Of a stretch of DNA of 64,000 bases, positions 1 to 12,985 are shown in pieces. Position 1 is the first letter of the stretch; the number at the start of each line of letters is the position of its first letter. The DNA comes from Octopus sinensis (Eukaryota). The notes below the pieces were generated by a model. The model was not told where the DNA came from. It did no database searches and was given only the letters and a program-made list of their open reading frames with translations. The position numbers were made by a program, and so were the translations under genes. The DNA lies in NCBI RefSeq assembly GCF_006345805.1, contig NC_043020.1, positions 13,702,001-13,766,000 of the forward strand, written 5' to 3'.

Positions 1-17
1 TTCAACCATTGCCAATC
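1..17 (-). CDS. Start of a candidate exon running off the left edge
   Basis: Strong acceptor catttccatgccttctctttag|GATTGGCAATGGTTGAA (DWQWL or xLAMVE). Confidence 0.3.
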
Positions 18-266
18 CTAAAGAGAAGGCATGGAAATGTGATGGTGGTAGCGACAGTGGTGGAAGCTGCTGCTACAGTTGCCGCTGCTGCATGATCTGT
101 ATTATCAATATAGAGAAGAATGGTTAAACTTGTTTTAGCTCTTAGTAAGATAAACAAATCATTGCAGTTCATATGGAAAGCTTTTAACTCCTTTATTCAT
201 AATGACATTAAATGTGCTAATATATTCATATAGAGTGTCTTGTCTAAGGTTTGATACTATCGCATT

Positions 267-307
<41 letters not shown>

Positions 308-489
308 CTTGCTTACGAACCACATGGTTCCGGGTTCAGTCCCACTGCGTGGCACCTTGGGCAAGTGTCTTCTACTATAGCATCGAGCTGATCAAAGCCT
401 TGTGAGTGGATTTGGTAGACAGAAACTGAAAGAAGCCTGTCGTATATATGTATATATATATATAAGAATTTTTTGCATAATAAGATAAA

Positions 490-860
490 AAAAACAAGGC
501 TGTGTACATATTAGAGCATTTATAGATAGGTCTTACAGCTGTTTCTAAGATATTAATAAATAATATCCCTGCATCGGAGACGGTGTGAGAAGATGGTTAA
601 GTCATAGTTAGTTTAGATGTGATACAAAATAGAGAGTGAGGTGGAGGAAAGAAAATAGATGCAAGATATGTATGGTTATTGAGTTCATAAATCCGTTTTT
701 TTTGGCATAAGGGTATATATGCAATATTCCAATATCCTATGAGTAAAGTCCAAGAGTCCAACAGAGTTTAAAATGAGCCCTTTAAAATATAAAGTTTATA
801 AGCAATGTAAAATTCCCTTATGAGTGAGATCCAACAGATTTATAAACTTGGTCATTCTCA
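490..860 (-). mobile_element. Possible degenerate LINE 3' end (I/Nimb-like) with poly-A-like tail
   Basis: Weak PYISCIYF..DLTIFSH..IIY*YL similarity and an A-rich tail at about 488-498. Confidence 0.25.
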
Positions 861-869
861 GATATATAT

Positions 870-1180
870 ATCTTTATATATAAAATTGAAGTTATGTGTG
901 TGTGAGACTCTGTCTCCTCCGATTTAGATTCCTAACTACTCCCACATTTTGCGGTGCAGTTTAACCAAAAGCGGGTATCTTATAGTTGTCATTCATATTG
1001 AGCCCTTCTGGGTATTAGCGCGCGTCTACGATGAGTCTACAATTTAAAAAAAAATTTACCATCATTTTTCTGCATTTTTAATGATTTTTGCTCGGGTTAT
1101 ATAAGGGAAGTAACTCTCTAAAAATGCTTATATAGTTATTTCCCTTACAAACCTGAGCAACGCCGGGCGATACTGCTAGT
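870..1180. mobile_element. Helentron/HINE (DINE-1-like) non-autonomous element, family A
   Basis: Ends atctttatatataaa.. and ..gcaacgccgggcgatactgctagt; related copies at 13221-13596 and 43163-43667. Confidence 0.7.
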
Positions 1181-2230
1181 ATATATATATATATAATATA
1201 TATATATAACATCTGTAAAGATTGTGCAGGGGTTAGGTACATGAGTGTTTATGCATTTAGGGGAAAGAATGAGATTCATTCAACTAAAATTTCAAGGTGT
1301 TGCTCCAGCATGGCTGCAGTCTAATCACTGAAACAAGTAAAAGATGAAACATGCTGATGATATACATGGTAAGCTTCTTACAGTTTCCCTCTACTAAGTC
1401 CACTTACAATATTGTGATTGGCTGTGGGCTATAGTAAAAGACACTTGCCCATGGTGCCAAGCAGTGGGACTGAACCCAGAACCATATGGTTGGGAAGTGA
1501 ATTTCTTCACCACACACAGATACATAGATATATGTACATGCATGCATATACATATACACACTCACCCTGTGTGTGTGTGTGTGAATATATGAGCTGTAGG
1601 CAGTTCTGGAAAGAAACCCATTTAATTCCAGTTGCCTGACCAAAATAAATTCAGTAAACCAAGCATTTTAGTGTTTAGCCTACAGCTAAATGTAAGCTGA
1701 TATTTGATTGGTTGGCTATTTTCATACAGAAACTGCTAACCATTGCTGTTAGTAAACCATGGGAAAGTAATTAAACCACATAATCAGGATTTCAAACCGG
1801 AGGGGTGCAAATCACACGATTCAGTTTGGATGGCCACATATATTACTCAAAATTTTATTTCCAATTCTTAATTATGGTTATTTAATTATTAGATTGCTTG
1901 TGTTCATTAAACATTAAATATTTACTTCTGTTTATGATTAATTGCTTTTTATAAACCATTTTTGCTTATATTTCATTATTTATTTAATAATAAGACGAGT
2001 GATGGCAGTGCACTTGCAGAATTGTTAGCACACCAGACAGAATGCTTTGTGGTGTTTTATCCATCTTTATGTTCTGAGTTCAAATTCCACCTAGGTCAAC
2101 TTGGCTTTTCATTCTTTCAGGGTCAATAAACTAAGTACCCGTTGAGCACCAGAGTTGGTGTAATGGCTACACCTCCCTTGAAACTGCTGGCCTTGTGCCA
2201 AAATTTGAAGCCAATATTAAGACTAATTAA

Positions 2231-2451
2231 CCCTTTGGTGTTCTCATTATACTGCCAAAATTAATGCTTTTTTATCCACATTGTTTTGAATTGATCATGC
2301 ATTATCTTGTAGCTATGAGATTTTGATGAGGTAGCTGTTAATTTTTAAAACGATATTGTAGGGTTGGTGTGAGAGACCAGATCTAGCCAGTTTGAATATA
2401 AAACAGGCAGAATACTTTTGGCCAGATATGGCCAGTTTAAATCCTAAAGGG
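2231..2451. mobile_element. piggyBac-like MITE
   Basis: TTAA TSDs at 2227-2230 and 2452-2455; short TIRs ccctttgg / ctaaaggg. Confidence 0.8.
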
Positions 2452-2720
2452 TTAAGGCAGCAAGCTGGCAGAATCTTTAGCACAGTGGGCAAAATTTTTA
2501 ATGGCATTTTGTCCATCTTTACATTCAGAGTTCAAATTCCACCGAGGTTGTCTTTGCCTTTCATACTCTCAGGATCAATAAAATAAGTACCGGTTTATTT
2601 TTTATCACCTCAAGCGGACTGAAGGCAAAAGAAGAAAATCCCATCAAGGTTAACTTCACCTTTTATCCCTTGTGGGTCAATAAAATAAAGCAATAGTTAA
2701 AATAGGCGCAGCAGTGTATA

Positions 2721-3130
2721 GGCGCAGGAGTGGCTGTGTGGTAAGTAGCTTGCTAACCAACCACATGGTTCCGGGTTCAGTCCCACTGCGTGGCATCTTG
2801 GACAAGTGTCTTCTGCTATAGCCCCGGGCCGACCAATGCCTTGTGAGTGGATTTGGTAGACGGAAACTGAAAGAAGCCTGTCGTATATATGTATGTATGT
2901 ATGTATATATATATGTGTTTGTGTGTCTGTGTTTGTCTCCCTAGCATTGCTTGACAACCGATGCTGGTATGTTTACGTCCCCGTCACTTAGCGGTTCGGC
3001 AAAAGAGACCGATAGAATAAGTACTGGGCTTACAAAGAATAAGTCCCGGGGTCGATTTGCTCGACTAAAGGCGGTGCTCCAGCATGGCCGCAGTCAAATG
3101 ACTGAAACAAGTAAAAAAGAGTAAAAGAGT
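2721..3130 (+). mobile_element. Full-length octopus tRNA-derived SINE (family 1; A/B boxes, central microsatellite, AAAGAGT tail)
   Basis: A-box ggctgtgtggt and B-box ggttcagtccc. More than 25 full or partial copies in the window (e.g. 310-460, 7917-8410, 21215-22135, 32068-32185, 41695-41925, 52126-52500, 55880-56045, 56900-57210). Confidence 0.9.
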
Positions 3131-3218
3131 TAGTACTGGGAGTTGAGTTAATCAACTAACCACTTCCCCTAATACAATTGCTGGCCCTGTGTCAAAATTA
3201 AAAACAACTCTTAAATTA

Positions 3219-3768
3219 TTACCTCCACCTTAACAAAGGTGGAGGTGTTGTTTCCAGTCACGGTTATTTGTTTGTGGACAAGATATCTCAAGAACTGCTG
3301 GATGGATTCAGATTTTGGGATCAATCCCATTCCAGACAAGGATTCTAGATTATTTTTCTTGTTTTTTTACTTAATTTTTGAGTGTGGTCGGGTTCATTTT
3401 TAGTATTCTCGTTTGTGAGAGCAGTCAAGTTTATTTCAGATATTCTCATTTTAAAATTCCTCTCCAGATAATCATTGAGACGACATTGGTGTTGCCTTGG
3501 CGACGGTTTGCACTCTCTTGAGTGCTCTTGTCATTATTATTACCTCCACTTTAACGAAGGCAGAGGTATTGTTTTCAGTTGTGTTTGTTTGTCCATGGAC
3601 AAGATATCTCAAGAACCGTTGGATGGATTCGGATGAAACTTTCAGAGATGTTTGACCTCGTGACTGGCACAAACTGATTAGATTCTGGGATCGATCCCAT
3701 TCCAGACAAGGATTCTGGATTATTTTTCCTGTTTTCTTACTTAATTTTTGAGAGCATTCGGGTTCAGC
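3219..3768. mobile_element. Two tandem Helentron/Helitron2-like non-autonomous units, family C
   Basis: ttattacctcca..aaggyrgaggt start at about 3219 and 3536; end ttggcgacggtttgcactctcttgagtgctctt. Confidence 0.55.
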
Positions 3769-4168
3769 TAATCATGCCATGTAGTGGGACTGAACCCGGA
3801 ACCATGTGGTTTGTAATCAAGCTACTTACCACACAGCCACTCCTATGCCTATGTAGTAAAATTCCAATTCATTGCATCAACTCCTTTATAATTTAATATT
3901 TGCTTCTTACCATTTGTGCTGTGTCTAGATCTAGTTACCATTCCTTAAGCATTTCAATCATCATTTAACGTCCATGTTTCACACTGGCATGGGTCTGACA
4001 GTCATCTTTCTCTTTCAGTAGATCTTGCTTCCTTTCTAGAATTATGAGCCAAAGTTGTTGTCATCCGCCTCTACCTCAATCCTACGCTCTGGCCAATTAA
4101 AATCTATAACTTTTCCAAACAAACTGAATCTCTTCAATTAACTCTCATCAATAATGTTCAATACTTCT

Positions 4169-4202
<34 letters not shown>

Positions 4203-4782
4203 TATTTTCTTAGATACATCTGCTGTCGTTTCCATCTAATCAATCAATACTTTATCGTTTAAGAGATGTATAAATCATATCAACATACACACACACACAC
4301 ACACATACACACATACATACATACACACATACATACATACATACATACATACATACATACATGTACACACACATACACACACACATACATACATACACAC
4401 ACACATACACCACACACATACACACATACATACATACATACATACACACATACATACATGTACACACACGTTACACGATAATCTCAAAACCAACTCCACT
4501 TTTCCCCATGCTTTCATTTACCAATTCTATCAAAGAATTCTTCTGCTAACAACCAACTATCCATAACAATTCTTATTTCAGACACTTTTGCTCTTTGGTT
4601 CTTCATTTACATAAGCCATAAATATTTCCAACTTCCTCACCATTCTAAGATATTTATTCCATTAAAAGATACACTATCTATAAAAACAGCTCTTCACTTC
4701 TTGTAAAATAAAATCATTATCTTTCTCCGTAAAGTGTATCAAATCTTTTATCAGACACTTTCTACTATTTCCTAAATCATTC

Positions 4783-5175
4783 ATCATCATCATTATCATC
4801 TTCATTTAACGTCCGTTTTCCGTGCTAGCACGGGTTGGATGGTTCGACCGGGGTCTGGGAAGCCAGGAGGCTGCACCAGGCTCCAGTCTGATCTGGCAGT
4901 GTTTCTACAGCTGGATGCCCTTCCTAACGCCAACCACTCCGTGAGTGTAGTGGGTGCTTTTTACATGCCACCGGCACAGGTGCCAGACGAGGCTGGCAGC
5001 AGCCACGATTGGTTGGTGCTTTTTATGTGCCACCGGCACAGAAGCCAGTCAAGGCAGCGCTGGCATCAGCCACATTCGGATGGTGCTTTTTATGTACCAC
5101 TAGCACAAAAGCCAGTCAAGGCAGCGCTGGCATCAGCCACGTTCGGATGGTGCTTTTTACATGCCACCGGCATTG
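4783..5175 (-). mobile_element. Retroposon family 3 (RTE-type 3' tail ggttggcgttaggaagggcatccagc..gatgatgat, internal ~60-bp repeats)
   Basis: Other copies at about 12500-12900, 15495-15870, 17060-17440, 18166-18545, 22340-22545, 27725-28178, 28819-29275, 39060-39240, 40857-41237, 43773-44375 and 48058-48250. Confidence 0.85.
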
Positions 5176-5479
5176 GTTATTGTAAAACCATGTGTAGATA
5201 CAGTGCAGCCTCAGGAACAAGGTTGTGGACAATCAGATTCAAGGATTCAGTGCTCAAACCTGTTGCAAACATTTTATTGAGTTTTGGGGCAAAAGACTTG
5301 AATTTTGATGGGAAAACTTAAGTGAATTTATGATTCTAAATGGAAGTGATATAGAGGGGCACTGGTAGCTGTTATTTTTGCCAAATGAATGGTTGGTGTC
5401 TGTTGGCTATAACACTGTGTAACAATTTTTTTTTCTTCTTTCCTTGGTCAGTATGTGTTATTTCTTATTTTCTTCTATC

Positions 5480-6200
5480 TAGAAATCAAAGGAAAAGACT
5501 ACTATTCCCTTCCCTTTAAACTTTGCTTCTGTCACCTGGACATCAATGTTTTGAAACTGACCTATTTCCCATTACATTTCAGACAGATTCAGCACCGGGC
5601 TGCTGAAGCAGAAATATCATTGTAGCAAATATTCTGCTCAATGCCACAGATTTGCTTGTCAGTTGCTAGACCTTAACCACTTGAGCATCTTACTTACTTG
5701 TACTTGTGGCAACATTCACCCTGGGCAGGTTGAGTTGGCTTCTTCTACCACCCTTGAGGCATCTCGAACCATGGCAGAAGTTTCGTGGGAATATGTGGAT
5801 TCCACAAGCAGTCTCCAACAATCCCGCATGTAGAGACATCCTGTTTGTCGCAGATTGTCCGCAAATGCAGGGACAGAACGACCGAGGAGCCGCCGGTTGC
5901 TGAAACAGACACTCCGAGGATTTTCACCAGATTTTCATCTGCTGGTTTGTGGCCATAATACCACTTGGTGTCAGACTAATCCGCCTTGGGTGGCCCTACC
6001 AGGAACCGAAGTTCCCGACGGCATAGCTCTGACACTACCTGTTGCCAGCGTCCCAACCACGGTGAGGAGGGGATGGACTTTGGAGACACTTGAGCATGTC
6101 CCTTAGTGGCTGACAATATGTGCATCTCTGATGATGAGCAGGAGTAGTGGGGGAGCATCATAGCCATGTGTTGTGAGGGATTCTTTTGGGGTTTGAATAA
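5480..6200 (+). mobile_element. TAA-tailed non-autonomous retroposon family (partial host copy interrupted at 5689-6086)
   Basis: Reverse-complement homology to about 37940-38100. Confidence 0.75.
5689..6086 (-). mobile_element. Short non-autonomous RTE-like retroposon nested in another retroposon
   Basis: 11-bp TSD cacttgagcat (5678-5688 and 6087-6097); (aagt)n-like tail; 5' part resembles recalled Expander/RTE 5'UTR sequence (gagctatg..cctggtagggycaccca). Confidence 0.7.
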
Positions 6201-6299
6201 ATATAACAAACGCAAAGTCTGAAGGAAATATTAACCATTTTCTGTATTTTCTAGTGGGGAGCAAATAGAAAATAACAGTTGTTACCCAAGAACAAAAAT

Positions 6300-7660
6300 T
6301 GTGTTGCACAGTTTAATTGTATAATTACAATTAATTCAATGTGCCAGTGAAGAAATTTACCATTTTTCATTTTCTTTTTGTTTTTTGACATAAGATGAAT
6401 AAAATCACTTATTGATTTGTGAATGTAATATAATAAAGAAGTGAAAAAGATGGATTTGACATTTTCTAACCCCCTTCTTCATTGATGTGAGACTCTGTTC
6501 AAGGGGAGAGAAAGTGCTGGAGAAGAAAGTGATAGGTTTGTTATCCTGTGACAGGACACCAGAAATTGTAATTCAAGAATCTTCAGGCTCAACAGATTGT
6601 GGAACTTATCTCTGTCACCTATCTTACCTCAAGATGGGTGACAGAGAGGTTTTTGAAGTTTTAAGTAGATGAACAGCATCTTGGAGACCCTTTTTTTTTT
6701 TCTCTATGGAAATGTAGAATTTAGCAGGAATTGTATTGGTTATGAGAAGTGCAAAGCCTATTTAGAGAAATCAACAACTAAACCTGGTAGTTGCTGTCAT
6801 TGTTTTAGCATAGCTTGGCATTGGATAATCAACGGGGGTGGGCATGTAGCAGATAAATATTTTACTTTGGTCTCCACGGTAACAAATGGATGCTCCACAC
6901 CGCTAATTGTTGACGTTCAAAGTAATGTCAATAGTGTTTGCAAACTGAAATAAATACACCCAAGCGTTCGTCATCTTTTCATGCTTCTTCTATGGTTGTA
7001 CCAACAATATTGACATCATCGTTAAGTTAAGTATGAAATGCCTTTAATACTGTTGTTGGTGATTCTACCAGGCATCGCTCTTTGAAAGGCTCTTAGGGCA
7101 TTAAGCCACACCAAATACTAACCTTTTAAACTAAAACAAACATCCATCAGCTTCAAATACTGTGTTACATCTCTGTAAATCTTTGTATTGTTGTCAGTGT
7201 ACGGAATCTGGGGATTTTCTGCTTTCTGATTACATTGAATTGCCAGAGATAAAGCACAGGTGATTTTCAAAAGCTGGAGAGTGAATAGGGATTGAGAAGG
7301 TAGTAGGGATCTGTTATTTGTAAGGAGCCAACAAGGTATTGTTTGCCACTGTTTCTTATTACAATGCTCTGTGTTTGTTATGAAGGGTCTGAGAGTCCAA
7401 TGGTGCCACACCGTCAGGAAGCTGTTTAGTCTGTTTCTTAACAAGCTTTTCGTCAAGTGGAGAAAGATTGTGAGATTTAGTAGTGGTTGGGTTTGAAACC
7501 CTGGCTAAGATGGGGTCACCAACAAAAGAACAGGTTAAACAACAGTAAGATTATGATTTTTAAGGACCGTCTAGGTTTAAAATATAAAGGAATCCTGTCT
7601 TTTATGAGAGTCAAGTCCCATCCCAGATTTATAGACAAATATGAGTTTAGCAAAATGCAC
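6300..7660 (-). mobile_element. Degenerate Gypsy LTR-retrotransposon pol fragment (RT-RNase H)
   Basis: Frameshifted motifs in the expected order: FGV..RAFQRAM..KGISY-LNDDVNIVGTT (YxDD-like), then DS*ITISGVLSQDNKPITFFSSTFSPLEQ and GVRKC (RNase H). Many stop codons. Confidence 0.6.
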
Positions 7661-8534
7661 TCAGCAGAGTGGACTCAGTGCTTTTTATGTGGCACAAGCA
7701 CAGGTGCGGTCAGTTTTGGCAAGGTTGCCCTTCTGAACACCAACCCACTTTACAGTGTGGACTGGGTGCTTCTAAGTGGCACCTGCACTGACATCAAGTA
7801 CTTGCAAGACAAAATATTTTAAGAGGGGAGGAGGCATTAGAGGAGCTGCTGATGAAAAGGTTATAGTAATATATATCATCATCATCATCATCATCGTTTA
7901 ACGTCTAATTGATATAAGCATAGCTGTGTGGTAAGAAGCTTGCTTACCAACCACATGATTCTGGGTTCAGTCCTACTGTATGGCACCTACTATAATCTTG
8001 GGCCAACCAAACCCTTGTAGATGAATTTGTTAGATGGAAATTGAAAGTCCATTATATATATATATATTTAAAGGGAAAATTTTTTTTAATTTTCTCCTTA
8101 TGAGGCTTTTCACGCTGACTACTTGATAAATTCTTTTAAAGATTTTATCCTATTTTTAAATTGTATATATATATATATATATATTTATTTGTATGTATTT
8201 ATGTGTGTGTGTTTGTCCCCACGCCATTGCTTGACAGCCAATGCTGGTGTGTTTATGTCCCCATAACTTAGTGGTTCAGTAAAAGAGACTGATAGAATAA
8301 GCACTTGACTTACAAAGAATAAGCCCACAAGTCGATTTCTTCAATAAAATCCTTTAAGGTGGTGCTCCAGCATGGCCACAATCAAATGACTGAAGCAAGT
8401 AAAAAAATAAACAGGGTAGCAGTATGATATGATGAGGTTCCTGACTTTTGGTTGAGCTTCAACAATGAACACAAAATGAAATGATTTCAACTAGACGTGA
8501 AAATGGTTTATTGATTCCATCCTAGAATATTTAC

Positions 8535-8573
8535 CATTTCTTTAAGGTTTGATCTTAGAACTAGTTCTGTTAA
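8535..8573 (-). CDS. Candidate 39-nt exon LTELVLRSNLKEM
   Basis: Acceptor gttcaattctag, donor ATG|GTAAAT; phase 0-0 open frame. Splice sites are weaker than in the other candidates. Confidence 0.2.
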
Positions 8574-8624
8574 CTAGAATTGAACACCTGACCAGCAGGG
8601 TGAAGTCTATTCTGTTAGGATTAA

Positions 8625-9017
8625 CTCTTTAGCATTTAAACCAGCCATATCTGGCCCAAATATTCTGCTTGTTTTATGTTCAAACTGGTCAGATCTGGCT
8701 TTTCACACTTACCCTACAATGTAATTCCAAAAATGAAGTATTCCCATCATTGAAACATATTTCTTTACTACCCACAAGGGGCTAAACACAGAGAGGACAA
8801 ACAAGGACAGACAAAGGAATTAAGTCGATTACATCGACCCCAGTGCGTAACTGGTACTTAATTTATCGACCCCGAAAAGATGAAAGGCAAAGTCGACCTC
8901 GGCGGAATTTGAACTCAGAATTGAAACCTCAAAGCTACAAGATAAAGCATGGTTAATTCAAAACAAATGCAAATAGATATGCATTACACTTGACAGAATA
9001 ATTTGAATGCTAAAGGA
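8625..9017. mobile_element. piggyBac-like MITE (same family, opposite orientation) carrying a nested 5'-truncated SINE at about 8758-8920
   Basis: TTAA flanks; TIR ctctttagcatt / aatgctaaagga; the nested SINE is flanked by the TSD attgaaac. Confidence 0.75.
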
Positions 9018-9454
9018 TTAAAGATAAATTGCCCCAGCAATCAGCTTGTCTCTAGTTTTGTCAACTGGAATTGAGCACCTGACGACAGGATGAAATCTAT
9101 TCTCTTAGGATTAAAGACAAATTTAAAGCCTTTCACTCTATTGTATTTTACTTAGAAATCTGAACTACATGGGTCAATCAATGAATGCGTTTGATCTCTT
9201 ATTCATTGATTTGTAACATTGAAAAATTTTACTGGGAGGTGTTTTTGTATTCATTGATCTCAGAATACGACTGATACAGATTATATTGATTATCAAAAGA
9301 ATGAAAGACAAAAGCCAACCATAGAAAGATTTGAACTCTGGATGTAAATGTGACTAAATACTTCATGGCTTTTGGTCCAAGGCTCTAAAGATTCTATTCT
9401 GTATTAATTACCCTATTTAATTATTGGCTTCATAGTGCTAGTGTAGAGGGGAAG

Positions 9455-12155
9455 GTTAGTCAGTTACATCAATCCTGGTACTCAACTGGTTTTTATTTAA
9501 TCGATCCAGAAAGGATGAAAGGCGAAGTCGACCCTGATGGCATTTGATCTCAGAACATAAAAACAGACAGAATACCTATTTCTTTACTACCCACAAGGGG
9601 CTAAACACAGAGGGGACAAACAAAGACAGACATAGGTATTAAGTCGATTACATCGACCCCAGTGCGTAACTGGTACTTAATTTATCGACCCCGAAAGGAT
9701 GAAAGGCAAAGTCGACCTCGAAGGAATTTGAACACAGAATGTAGCAGCAGATGAAATACCTATTTCTTTATTACCCACAAGGGGCTAAACATAGAGGGGA
9801 CAAACAAGGATAGACATAGGTATTAAGTCGATTACATCGACCCCAGTGCGTAACTGGTACTTAATTTATCGACCCCGAAAGGATGAAAGGCAAAGTCAAC
9901 CTCGGCGGAATTTGAACTCACAACGTAACAGCAGACAAAATACCGCTAAGCATTTCGCCCGGCATGCTAACGCTTCTGCCAGCTCGCCGCCTTTAAAAAC
10001 AGACAGAATACCTATTTCTTATTACCCACAAGGGGTAAACACAGAGGGGACAAACAAGGACAGACATAGGTATTAAGTCGATTACATCGACCCCAGTGCG
10101 TAACTGGTACTTAATTTATCGACCCCGAAAGGATGAAAGGCAAAGTCGACCTCAGCGGTATTTGATCTCAGAACATAAAAACAGACAAAATACCTATTTC
10201 TTATACCCACAAGGGGCTAAACACAGAGGGGACAAACAAGGACAGACATAGGTATTAAGTCGATTACATCGACCACAGTGCGTAACTGGTACTTAATTTA
10301 TCGACCCCGAAAGGATGAAAGGCAAAGTCGACCTCGAAGGAATTTGAACACAGAATGTAGCAGCAGATGAAATACCTATTTCTTTATTACCCACAAGGGG
10401 CTAAACATAGAGGGGACAAACAAGGATAGACATAGGTATTAAGTCGATTACATCGACCCCAGTGCGTAACTGGTACTTAATTTATCGACCCCGAAAGGAT
10501 GAAAGGCAAAGTCAACCTCGGCGGAATTTGAACTCACAACGTAACAGCAGACAAAATACCGCTAAGCATTTCGCCCGGCATGCTAACGCTTCTGCCAGCT
10601 CGCCGCCTTTAAAAACAGACAGAATACCTATTTCTTATTACCCACAAGGGGCTAAACATAGAGGGGACAAACAAGGATAGACATAGGTATTAAGTCGATT
10701 ACATCGACCCCAGTGCGTAACTGGTACTTATTTATCGACCCCGAAAGGATGAAAGGCAAAGTCGACCTCAGCGGTATTTGATCTCAGAACATAAAAACAG
10801 ACAAAATACCTATTTCTTACTACCCACAAGGGGCTAAACACAGAGGGGACAAACAAGGACAGACATAGTATTAAGTCGATTACATCGACCACAGTGCGTA
10901 ACTGGTACTTAATTTATCGACCCCGAAAGGATGAAAGGCAAAGTCAACCTCGGCGGAATTTGAACTCACAACGTAACAGCAGACAAAATACCGCTAAGCA
11001 TTTCGCCCGGCATGCTAACGCTTCTGCCAGCTCGCCGCCTTTAAAAACAGACAGAATACCTATTTCTTTATTACCCACAAGGGGCTAAACACAGAGGGGA
11101 CAAACAGGACAGACATAGGTATTAAGTCGATTACATCGACCCCAGTGCGTAACTGGTACTTAATTTATCGACCCCGAAAGGATGAAGGCAAAGTCGACCT
11201 CAGCGGTATTTGATCTCAGAACATAAAAACAGACAAAATACCTATTTCTTACTACCCACAAGGGGCTAAACACAGAGGGGACAACAAGACAGACATAGGT
11301 ATTAAGTCGATACATCGACCACAGTGCGTAACTGGTACTTAATTTATCGACCCCGAAAGGATGAAGGCAAAGTCGACCTCGAAGGAATTTGAACACAGAA
11401 TGTAGCAGCAGATGAAATACCTATTTCTTTATACCCACAAGGGGCTAAACATAGAGGGGACAAACAAGGATAGACATAGGTATTAAGTCGATTACATCGA
11501 CCCCAGTGCGTAACTGGTACTTAATTTATCGACCCCGAAAGGATGAAAGGCAAAGTCAACCTCGGCGGAATTTGAACTCACAACGTAACAGCAGACAAAA
11601 TACCGCTAAGCATTTCGCCCGGCATGCTAACGCTTCTGCCAGCTCGCCGCCTTTAAAAACAGACAGAATACCTATTTCTTTATTACCCACAAGGGGCTAA
11701 ACACAGAGGGGACAAACAAGGACAGACATAGGTATTAAGTCGATTACATCGACCCCAGTGCGTAACTGGTACTTAATTTATCGACCCCGAAAGGATGAAA
11801 GGCAAAGTCGACCTCAGCGGTATTTGATCTCAGAACATAAAAACAGACAAAATACCTATTTCTTTACTACCCACAAGGGGCTAAACACAGAGGGGACAAA
11901 CAAGGACAGACATAGGTATTAAGTCGATTACATCGACCACAGTGCGTAACTGGTACTTAATTTATCGACCCCGAAAGGATGAAAGGCAAAGTCAACCTCG
12001 GCGGAATTTGAACTCACAACGTAACAGCAGACAAAATACTGCTAAGCATTTCGCCCGGCTTGCTAACAATTCTGCCAGCTCGCCGCCTTTAAAAACAGAC
12101 AGAATACCATTGAGCATTTTGTCCGATGTAGTAACGATTCTGCCAGCTTGCCACC
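9455..12155 (-). repeat. Higher-order tandem array of SINE family 2 units (about 14 units of 180-250 bp)
   Basis: Repeated core ..cccacaaggggctaaac..gtcgattacatcgaccccagtgcgtaactggtac..; periods of 616, 432, 612 and 436 bp between identical ORF-track starts. Confidence 0.95.
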
Positions 12156-12305
12156 TTATCCTATTTAATTATTGATTAACTTTGCTGTAGAATTAACAAG
12201 ACTGATGAACTAAACCAGACATGTGAGTCTAGTTCAGTTTTTTTTTTTTTTAATCTTTGCTATTTCATATTTACATCATTAATAATATTAATTTGGTTTT
12301 CGTAC

Positions 12306-12341
12306 CTGTCCTCTCTTATGCTCACAAATGTTGTGCAATGA
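12306..12341 (-). CDS. Candidate 36-nt exon SLHNICEHKRGQ
   Basis: Acceptor ttgttctgtttcag, donor CAG|GTACGA; phase 0-0 with an open frame. Confidence 0.35.
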
Positions 12342-12900
12342 CTGAAACAGAACAATTGCTAAGTACAAGGATGTAAACACATCAACATCAGTTGTCAAGT
12401 GATGGTGGGAGCAAACAGACACACACAAATATATATTTGAGGACACCTATTGAGTCAAGTACATCAGCATCAAAATCAAATGGAAATTGTGGTTTCCATA
12501 TGTGTGCCGGTGGCACCTGTGCCAGTGGAACCTAAAAAGCACCATCCATACCTGGCCGATGCCAGCGCCGCCTTGACTGGCTTCCATGTCAGTAGCACAT
12601 AAAAACCACCAACCGATCGTGGCCGTTGCCAGCCTCCCCTGGCACCTGTGCCAGTGGCACGTAAAAAACACCATTTGTACGTGGTCGATGCCAGCATCAC
12701 CATGACTGGCTTCCGTGCCGGTGGCACGTAAAAAGCACACACTACACTCACAGTGTGGTTGGCATTAGGAAGGGCATCCAGCTGTAGAAACACTGCCAGA
12801 TCAGACTGGAGCCTGGTGCAGCCTTCTGGCTTCCCAGACCCCGGTCAAACCGTCCAACCCATGCTAGCATGGAAAGCGGACGTTAAACGATGATGATGAT

Positions 12901-12985
<85 letters not shown>

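Noticed and set aside
9846-12175. Repeated MRNWYLIYRPRK.. ORFs as a gene family
   Set aside because: They are antisense readings of SINE units.
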